Shown piece after piece: positions 57,053 to 64,000 of a stretch of DNA of 64,000 nucleotides. Below the pieces are notes generated by a model, which worked only from the letters and a program-made list of their open reading frames with translations, ran no database searches and was not told the origin of the DNA. The position numbers were made by a program, and so were the translations under genes. The stretch is from Candidatus Wolfebacteria bacterium GW2011_GWB1_47_1 (GTDB lineage: Bacteria; Patescibacteriota; Minisyncoccia; UBA6257; UBA9933). The stretch's first letter is position 1; every line of letters begins with the position of its first letter. The stretch lies in contig CP011209.1 in assembly GCA_001029635.1 (NCBI GenBank), positions 16,983 through 80,982 of the forward strand, given 5' to 3'.

Positions 57053-58105
57053 TTACAGTGCACGTTTTCTAAAATACGCCTGCTTTGCTTTTTCTAATGT
57101 CTTGATTTGTTTAAATGGTTTGTATGCACGGGCAAAAAGCGCTCGCAACCGATTTCGTCGCGTGACATGTCTAACTATGACGAGTTCATTCTTCTCAAGC
57201 TCCTTCGCCCGTACAGGGTTAATCGTCCTTCGCTTCGCGGCGTCGAGCGGCTGATCAATAATGCGAATCAAAAAATTCTCAAATCCTTTTCGCACCAAAT
57301 CAAAGTCATATCCTTTGGCAACGACGGGCTCGTTGATAATACTCAGATAGAGATCATTATCGCGGTCTATTTCCTCAACCCGCTTCACTGCCGCATCAAA
57401 ATCCTTATACCTATGACAATTAATGAACCGCTTTTCATTGAACTCGCGCCCGATGTCGGGATTTCCCCAGTAGATCGGAATCGTCTTTGCCAAGAGAGAG
57501 CTGACAATCTTTTCCGTGGTATAACCGCTTCGAGAAGAATTTTCAAAGGCAATCGAAAATTTATGCTCCGCTTCGAATGCCAGTTTGTTAGCAACTTTGC
57601 CACCGACATTATTCAAATATCCGCCGCCTGCATGCACCTGCTTATACGCACTCAGCTTGTCAAAAAATGTCTTGCGCGCATCGCTCCCTAGATAATTCGA
57701 GTAGACAAAACTGCAAAACCCGGTCTTCTTCAGAAGATCTGTTTTGGTAAGAAAAACTTGCTTGGCAAAATCGGCATCCCCGATCATCTCCAACTCTTCC
57801 TTGCGGTAAAATATAGCCATCAAATACAGCGGCATCCGATAATACCGGTCCCCGAAATCCATATGATCAAATCCGAAGGCATAATCGCAAAGATTAAAAT
57901 CGGGACTGATATTCTCGCCAGTATAGAATATACGAATGCAATCGTGATCCAAATATTCATAGGTTGATTCGTGATAAAAAAGATAATCGGGTCGATCCGA
58001 CAATTCCACATCATAGTGCTTCGTCAGAAGGTCATAAATATACCACCCGCGCGAGTCCTTGTTGCTCTTATCAAATTCACAGATTTTGATGCGTATCTTT
58101 TTCAT
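57053..58105 (-). CDS. Alpha-1,3/4-fucosyltransferase (GT10)
   Basis: FYTGEN, FCSFVYSN, KFSIAFENS..GYTTEKI, IPIYWG. Confidence 0.93.
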   Translation of the reverse strand: MKKIRIKICEFDKSNKDSRGWYIYDLLTKHYDVELSDRPDYLFYHESTYEYLDHDCIRIFYTGENISPDFNLCDYAFGFDHMDFGDRYYRMPLYLMAIFYRKEELEMIGDADFAKQVFLTKTDLLKKTGFCSFVYSNYLGSDARKTFFDKLSAYKQVHAGGGYLNNVGGKVANKLAFEAEHKFSIAFENSSRSGYTTEKIVSSLLAKTIPIYWGNPDIGREFNEKRFINCHRYKDFDAAVKRVEEIDRDNDLYLSIINEPVVAKGYDFDLVRKGFENFLIRIIDQPLDAAKRRTINPVRAKELEKNELVIVRHVTRRNRLRALFARAYKPFKQIKTLEKAKQAYFRKRAL

Positions 58106-58111
58106 CGGTTA

Positions 58112-59047
58112 CTATATAATGGTCGAGATGATCTGGCTTGCATAGAGCGGATCGTCACAATCTTCCGGATTTCGTTCACCTATCTCATTGAAATACTTGT
58201 ACGGGACTTTTACAAGGGTCGCCTCTTTTCTTAAGAACATCTCGTACTCCATATCGATATGCCCCACATCAATGACCCGATATCCTGCCAAGAACAGGTC
58301 ATAGGCAAGCACCTTAGCCGCAGGCCCAAGCGAAACAAGTATCATCCTATCCTTTCCGACCTTCATCGCTTCTGTCTTTATCGCATCATACCGTTCAAAG
58401 GCATTTTCAGGCGGGCATAGTATTCTGCCCAATGACGCAACATTATTGAACATATCATTACCAACTCCCAGCCGACTTTTTGATCCTTCGATCAATACAA
58501 CATCTTTCCCTTCCCAAATGGAAAAAAGGTTTTTAAAAATATCCCCGCATTGAGACTTATCTACAGCCCCTAAGTAGGGGCGAGTTATGGATGCATTGCC
58601 GTATAGTTGATCACGAGATAGCAACCGCTCCCATACATGTCCATATCTAAACAAATGATGGATAGTGAACCAAAAAGCCTGCTTTGTGATCCCGTCAAGC
58701 TTTCCCCAGTAGGCGGGGACACATATCAGGAGTCCATCCTCATTCAACTGCAGGACAGATGTAAGCCGCAAAGCTAATGCATTATTTTTTCCCTGAAAAG
58801 CGAGATCTCCATTATTAATAAGGGACATTTCCCCATCGCCAAATCGGACAACCGAAAGATTGTCTTTTTTAATACGATTGATGGTGTCGTTCATCGAGAG
58901 CACAGTCGGTACCCGCCTATTCTTTCGGATATACACGTTAGAAAAATAAACAGCATATCCAATAAGCGGCCCAATAGATTTCCGCGCCCAAAGCGGAGTA
59001 TATTCCCGCATCGTATCAATAATGACTCTGCTTAACGGTTTCTTCAT
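58112..59047 (-). CDS. GT-D fold glycosyltransferase (DUF1792)
   Basis: SVVRFGDGE, TRPY, IEGSKSRLGVGNDMF, LGPAAKVLAYDL, DVGHIDMEYE. Confidence 0.92.
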   Translation of the reverse strand: MKKPLSRVIIDTMREYTPLWARKSIGPLIGYAVYFSNVYIRKNRRVPTVLSMNDTINRIKKDNLSVVRFGDGEMSLINNGDLAFQGKNNALALRLTSVLQLNEDGLLICVPAYWGKLDGITKQAFWFTIHHLFRYGHVWERLLSRDQLYGNASITRPYLGAVDKSQCGDIFKNLFSIWEGKDVVLIEGSKSRLGVGNDMFNNVASLGRILCPPENAFERYDAIKTEAMKVGKDRMILVSLGPAAKVLAYDLFLAGYRVIDVGHIDMEYEMFLRKEATLVKVPYKYFNEIGERNPEDCDDPLYASQIISTII

Positions 59048-59670
59048 AGACCTTTCAGCTTATAGTACGAATTATTTCCATCCCAAAAAACCTTCCGATA
59101 TCCAAAGCGCTTCAGCAGACTGTAGTTATCACCCTCCAGGCAGATAACCCGCGCCTTGTATTTATTCCAGTCATTACTCCTCAAAACCTCGTTTTCAAAC
59201 GTCTCGACATCGATCGAAATAAAGTCGACCAAATGCAAATCGTGTTCCTGAAAAACTTCTCGAAGCGGCTTGAGCGTAAGTCGCTTATGGGACTTCATTC
59301 CACGCAATTCGGCAAGCTCCCGCACGCATGTATTACCGGACGTATCATCGCCTCCTTCAAAATAGTCGATTTCCCCTTCGCCGATGGCGCAATTCAAATT
59401 CACATCCTCCGGCCTTTTTTCTACGAACAAGGCGTAGCCGGTTGGATCGGGCTCGATGTTTATTCCCCGCCATCCGCGCTCATAGAATAGTTTGGTATTG
59501 TTTATCCGATCGGGATGGTTCGCACCGATGTCGATATAGGTCCCCCTTTCCTTATGCCCGGTAAGCCAGTCGATAATCACATCTTCATTCAAGGAAGAGT
59601 AGGATGGCTTTTTATGCAGCCCCATGATTCGGACCATAATCCTGCCGAGGTAATATTTCAATTTCGTCAT
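59044..59670 (-). CDS. FkbM-family methyltransferase
   Basis: YIDIGANHP, GWRGINIEP, ISIDVE. Confidence 0.9.
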   Translation of the reverse strand: MTKLKYYLGRIMVRIMGLHKKPSYSSLNEDVIIDWLTGHKERGTYIDIGANHPDRINNTKLFYERGWRGINIEPDPTGYALFVEKRPEDVNLNCAIGEGEIDYFEGGDDTSGNTCVRELAELRGMKSHKRLTLKPLREVFQEHDLHLVDFISIDVETFENEVLRSNDWNKYKARVICLEGDNYSLLKRFGYRKVFWDGNNSYYKLKGL

Positions 59671-59683
59671 GTAATGATAGTGG

Positions 59684-60514
59684 TTATTTGAATTCTTTCA
59701 ACAAATCTTCCTTTGCAGCTCCATACGCGTTCTCGATCGTCTCCAACGTGATGCCGTGTTCAAGCTCATACAATTTAGCATAGGCCATGAGTCTGAAGAA
59801 GACGTAATGCAATACAATAATAAGACCCAGGATGCCAAGACGGTAGCTCTGCTTGCCGTAAATCCAGCAATACCGCGCCATAGCGGCGATCATGCGCAAT
59901 GCGCTGAACCGCTTTCCCGCCGCATGCTTTTCCGCAGCCTCTATTTCCGCATAGCGGAGATGGCCCGTCACGAACTTGTGTGTCTCATAGGTACTAAAGT
60001 GTCGCATGGCATACTTCTCTTTGTTCGGTAGTTGCAGCAACTGATCGGTACTGCCGGTAAACCTGCCCATCCCATGAATATGGTTGCCGGAGAAGTCGAT
60101 AAAATCCTTATGGAAAAACATGGGGATATACGCCTTAAGCGCATAGTGTTCGGTATTGCCCCATAGGTAAGTATAGAGCGGGATCAACACCTGCTTCACC
60201 TTGTCTTCTTTTGCGATCGCAGTCATCCTCTCCAGAAGACTCTTGGGAGCAAGCGTATCCGCAAATCCCCAGTAGATCCAATCGGTCTTTACATATTCCT
60301 TCACAAACGCAAACATCTCCGGATTTTCCGCGAGGATATCCATTTTGGGGCGCACAACATATTGAGCCCCCAATTGCTCGACGATCTCCTTAGTCCGATC
60401 GGTACTGCTATCGTCCATAACGATAACCTCTCCATAGGGAATGAAGTTCCGAACGACATACTCGATTCGCTTTTCCTCATTATAGGTAAAAATGACAAAT
60501 GTGATGGTGCTCAT
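59684..60514 (-). CDS. Glycosyltransferase family 2
   Basis: TYNEEKRI, MDDSSTDRT. Confidence 0.88.
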   Translation of the reverse strand: MSTITFVIFTYNEEKRIEYVVRNFIPYGEVIVMDDSSTDRTKEIVEQLGAQYVVRPKMDILAENPEMFAFVKEYVKTDWIYWGFADTLAPKSLLERMTAIAKEDKVKQVLIPLYTYLWGNTEHYALKAYIPMFFHKDFIDFSGNHIHGMGRFTGSTDQLLQLPNKEKYAMRHFSTYETHKFVTGHLRYAEIEAAEKHAAGKRFSALRMIAAMARYCWIYGKQSYRLGILGLIIVLHYVFFRLMAYAKLYELEHGITLETIENAYGAAKEDLLKEFK

Positions 60515-60520
60515 AGTTGA

Positions 60521-61504
60521 TTATTTCATTAAGGCGATAATCCGTTTTCTGGTATCCCGAATCAGAACGACCACCGGATTGGGGACGAAATAGATCATAG
60601 TCACCAATAGTAAGTATGGGATACTTGCGCCGCGCAGATTATCGTAGATATACCTCAAATTTGCAATGGTACATTGTAATCCATGTCCCTTCGCCCGCAA
60701 TAGGATAATAGGAATGCTTTTACTATTTACTCCCAAGGCATGTAAAATGCGATCCTTGTCAAAACCGAACGAGCTCATGCGTTGCAATAGAATGTTTGAA
60801 CTTACATAAGTAAAAAGTTCGGTGCCTCCTTTTACCCACTGGCATTCCTGCCCCGTTGCTACTCCTGGCTGCCGTATATACAAACTTTTTTTATGTGATG
60901 CTATAAGCACTCTCAAAACGGTCTCGTAGTAGAACCAATGCTCAAGAGCATCCTCTCTATCTGCGCATGAAAGCCACATATCGCGATTAAACATGAGAAC
61001 ACTGAACCCTCCCTGACAATAACCGAGAAAATAAAATTCATTGGGGTCATCAACTGCAATAGCCTCATTGGATAGAAATTCCCGCCTACTCGTAAGGTCC
61101 GCGATCTGCGGGATCGGGGTCGCCTCTATCGTTACGACATCATACTGATGATCCTTTATTTTATCCAAAATAAACTCAATTGCGCCATTAATGATGACGT
61201 CATCGTCAGCCATATACCAGCAATAATATCCGTTTGCCCGTGTTACAGCATTGAATATATTTCCGTTACAGCCGATGTTTGTTTCATTCCGAAAATACCT
61301 GATATTTTCAAATCGTTCCTGAAAACTCCTTACAATGGCGGCAGTTTCATCATCATCACCGTTATCAGATATAACCACCTCGACTTGCTCACAAACTCGC
61401 TCATCATTAAATTGACGAACAATACTTTCTAGAGTCTCCTGTAGACCATGTGGACGCTTATAGGTAGTGAGGCAGATGCTTAATAATGGCTTGTTACTTT
61501 TCAT
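60521..61504 (-). CDS. Glycosyltransferase family 2
   Basis: LSICLTTYKR, ISDN, NIG, ADDD. Confidence 0.9.
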   Translation of the reverse strand: MKSNKPLLSICLTTYKRPHGLQETLESIVRQFNDERVCEQVEVVISDNGDDDETAAIVRSFQERFENIRYFRNETNIGCNGNIFNAVTRANGYYCWYMADDDVIINGAIEFILDKIKDHQYDVVTIEATPIPQIADLTSRREFLSNEAIAVDDPNEFYFLGYCQGGFSVLMFNRDMWLSCADREDALEHWFYYETVLRVLIASHKKSLYIRQPGVATGQECQWVKGGTELFTYVSSNILLQRMSSFGFDKDRILHALGVNSKSIPIILLRAKGHGLQCTIANLRYIYDNLRGASIPYLLLVTMIYFVPNPVVVLIRDTRKRIIALMK

Positions 61505-62816
61505 ACCTTTTTTTATTATTAATAATTATAGCAATAATCGGAATAGCGATATACGATATTAACGTAGCCAAGGCAGCACCACTAATCCCAAACTTAGGGA
61601 TTAAATACAAGTTCAACAAAACATTCATCGCCATGGAAAAAAAGTTCACAAAAAATACGGAGCTTGTCCTATGTTCAATAATCAGATAATTATTGACGAT
61701 AGCCGCCATACCGACGCCAATTCCTGCCCACACATAGATCCGTAGTACTCCAACGGCGGGCATATAGGCAACGCCGTACAACAACCTGATGATCAATGGG
61801 GCGAACAGATAGATCGGGAGCGCAACAGCGACCGAACCGAGGAATACATAGAGGGTTAATTTTATCAAACGATTCCGGTAAACCGCATGCCCGACTTTCT
61901 TGGCGTTCACAATCGCCGGGAAAACGGAGGAGATGATGATACTGGGAACAAAATACCATACTTCCGCGATCCGTACCGCGGCATCATACAATCCAACCGA
62001 GCGGATATCCATCAACTGCTTGATCATAACCTGATCGATACGACCGGCGATCGAAGCAAACGCGCTTGATAAAATAAGCGGCAAAGAAACGATAAACATA
62101 GACCTTGCAAGGTTGTGATCAAATTGCCATTGACTGATCTTCAATTGTTGCCGTTGGTAAACAAACCAATGCCCTAGAAAATATAAAATTGGCTCTAAGA
62201 ATAATACAAGCGCAATAAACAGCAGCCCTTTGTGAAGCCAGATAACGGACAACTTCATCGTCGTCAGCAATGCGGTGACAGTCAAATAAACGACGGTGGT
62301 ATGCTTGGAAAGCAGATTAGCCTGAAAAAAGTACTGAAAAACATTAAACGATTGGAATATAAGTGATGCGGCGATAATAATGATGATGAGATTAACGCGA
62401 GCATCATTATACATAAAAGGCAGCGCGGTAAAAATTGCTGCGATTGTAATAAGACTTCCGATTATTTTTAATCCAAGCGCCGTACCAAGTAGTTTATCTC
62501 GATCATGAGGACGATCAACCAGATCTCTGTATAAAATGGAATCAATCCCTAAGCTTGCCAAGAAGCCAAACAGGGCAACAAAGCTAAGGGCGTAGCTTAA
62601 CGCACCATTATTCTCCGGGCCCAAATAGCGGACCAGGTAGACCGAAGAATAGAACGAGATGGCCATGCCGCCAAGTCTGCCTAAAAAGAGCCACCCAGTA
62701 TTCTTAAAGTACCGCTTAAACCCCTCATGGGTTCGCATACGGCGAAAATCAGTCGTGAATAAATTCACCATTCCATAATATTGCAAAACAAGTTTTTCCT
62801 TGGCGCGGCGAATCAT
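61494..62816 (-). CDS. Wzx-type flippase
   Basis: YFKNTGWLF, RYLGPE, IDQVMI, VGLYDAAVR. Confidence 0.92.
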   Translation of the reverse strand: MIRRAKEKLVLQYYGMVNLFTTDFRRMRTHEGFKRYFKNTGWLFLGRLGGMAISFYSSVYLVRYLGPENNGALSYALSFVALFGFLASLGIDSILYRDLVDRPHDRDKLLGTALGLKIIGSLITIAAIFTALPFMYNDARVNLIIIIIAASLIFQSFNVFQYFFQANLLSKHTTVVYLTVTALLTTMKLSVIWLHKGLLFIALVLFLEPILYFLGHWFVYQRQQLKISQWQFDHNLARSMFIVSLPLILSSAFASIAGRIDQVMIKQLMDIRSVGLYDAAVRIAEVWYFVPSIIISSVFPAIVNAKKVGHAVYRNRLIKLTLYVFLGSVAVALPIYLFAPLIIRLLYGVAYMPAVGVLRIYVWAGIGVGMAAIVNNYLIIEHRTSSVFFVNFFSMAMNVLLNLYLIPKFGISGAALATLISYIAIPIIAIIINNKKRYEK

Positions 62817-62821
62817 AACTA

Positions 62822-63067
62822 TTACCAGTCTCGTGTTTTTTCCTTAGTCTTTGTCTTTACCTTCTGATATATCTCCGTCGCCTTCTCGTCAACAACTGGG
62901 GAAAGCAATCGTAATAGTTCATGCCCCAAAATCCGATATTGCCCTCCGACTTTATTAGCACGAATAAGCCCCTTCTTCAAAAGACGCTTCATCGTGCTAT
63001 TACTCACTTTTAGCAATACCTCTGCCTCACCGGTGGTATATACTTCGTTCGCTTTTATTTCAGCCAT
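62822..63067 (-). CDS. Small MerR-like/excisionase-family HTH DNA-binding protein
   Basis: YTTGEAEVLLKVSNSTMKRLLKKGLIRANKVGGQYRI. Confidence 0.88.
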   Translation of the reverse strand: MAEIKANEVYTTGEAEVLLKVSNSTMKRLLKKGLIRANKVGGQYRILGHELLRLLSPVVDEKATEIYQKVKTKTKEKTRDW

Positions 63068-63120
63068 AATCGTATTCCCCCTTAATCTCTTATCTCTAAT
63101 CTCTGACCTCTAGCTCATGA

Positions 63121-63150
63121 ATTGTATCAAAAGGTGTCACTAGGTGTCAA
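63121..63150 (-). promoter_or_regulatory. Promoter TTGACA-N18-TACAAT overlapped by three TGAYAC direct repeats
   Basis: GTRTCA at 63124, 63134 and 63144 (10-bp period). Confidence 0.7.
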
Positions 63151-63191
63151 AAATAACAAAAACAGCGCGATAAGCACTGTTTTTTACTTAC

Positions 63192-64000
63192 TCACTGGAA
63201 ATCAACCGCCGGCCACTGTCCCTTTTCAACCATCTCTTTCATTAAAAGGGCATTCTTTGATTGTTCAGTGTCAATTACCGCAAGCCGTTCGGCCGCTATA
63301 ATAAACCGTTCCTTATCTCTGTGCTCATACGCAGCTCTCAAAATGGCACGGTACAAGTTGCGCACAAATTCATCCCGCGAACCCGCAAGTGTCGACGACT
63401 GCATTGCGATCTCGAGCTCGCGTAAAGCCTCTTTGTAATCACCCCCGCTCCCCATAATGACAATTCCAAGATAATAATGTGTCTCGGGAGAAATCGAGTC
63501 CACGACCAGCTCATCGCGCAACAGCGTAATCGCCTCCTGGGCGCGTCCTTGGTACGAAAGATTGAGCGAATACGCATAAACGACATCCTGCCGCATTGGA
63601 GCAAGCCTAAGCGCAGTCTTATAATATTCTTCCGCCTTTTTCAGATATTGCTCATCCCCGGTTGTCTTTCCCATCCGGTCATACACACTGGCAATCGTAA
63701 CAAGGAATCGCGGGTTCATGCCTTCTCGTTGAATCAACTCCTCCATCTTTAGGAGCGAGAGGTCAAAAAGTGATTTCGCCTGCGGGTTGCTATAATTTGC
63801 AACACCGACGGTCAAAAAGTGCGATCGAATATCCTGTTGGGCAAATGTATACGGCTCAAATATTGCGCCCGGCTGCTGAACGATAAGCCCGAACTTTTGA
63901 TCCCTAATGGCGGCAAGGTAATTATTCATCTGCGACATCGGGACTAACGTCCAAAAGATAAGCCCCCACAAAAAGAATACTGTCGCGACCCCGGCAGCAC
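63192..64000 (-). CDS. C-terminal part of a membrane protein with TPR repeats (probably O-antigen-ligase/TPR type; 5' end outside the window)
   Basis: TM helix at the window edge then TPR-like helices (AEEYYKTALRLAP, ETHYYLG); next to the glycan locus. Confidence 0.65.
   Translation of the reverse strand, partial: AAGVATVFFLWGLIFWTLVPMSQMNNYLAAIRDQKFGLIVQQPGAIFEPYTFAQQDIRSHFLTVGVANYSNPQAKSLFDLSLLKMEELIQREGMNPRFLVTIASVYDRMGKTTGDEQYLKKAEEYYKTALRLAPMRQDVVYAYSLNLSYQGRAQEAITLLRDELVVDSISPETHYYLGIVIMGSGGDYKEALRELEIAMQSSTLAGSRDEFVRNLYRAILRAAYEHRDKERFIIAAERLAVIDTEQSKNALLMKEMVEKGQWPAVDFQ

Noticed and set aside
1-64000. Alternative genetic code (TGA read as Gly or Trp)
   Set aside because: Conserved genes such as hsdS, yqeY and rplQ end at TGA at the expected lengths and have no internal TGA.

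Overview
This is a 64-kb chromosomal window from a bacterium that looks like Patescibacteria/CPR (Parcubacteria-like). That placement is inferred from the gene repertoire, the N-terminally extended rpsK, the RNAP alpha subunit without a CTD, and the pilin-LamG and baseplate-J-like proteins. The genetic code is standard. Positions 1 to ~12.56 kb are the end of an AT-richer defence island. It holds a type I R-M operon (hsdM-hsdS-rloC-like-hsdR), orphan genes, a highly structured RNA and a Panacea toxin-antitoxin pair. It ends at a dyad site inside what looks like the stranded 5' end of ychF. The rest is core genome: hisS, argS, lepB, pth, folD, smpB-tmRNA, infC-rpmI-rplT, infA-rpmJ-rpsM-rpsK-rpsD-rpoA-rplQ, tuf-rpsJ, gpmI, a thiol-redox cluster, corA and a surface-glycan locus with GT10 and GT11 fucosyltransferases. 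Orphan mini-cassettes are scattered through it. The most striking pattern is that ten orphan or degenerate genes share one expression grammar: TTGACA/TTGCAA-N17-TANNNA, a strong SD and their own terminator. Core genes instead mostly have TANNNT a few nt before the ATG and no SD. Other candidates are a DUF3800 gene with a convergent small RNA, twin RNA elements in the alpha operon and a switch-like corA leader. All structures and homologies were read by eye; no searches or folding were run.
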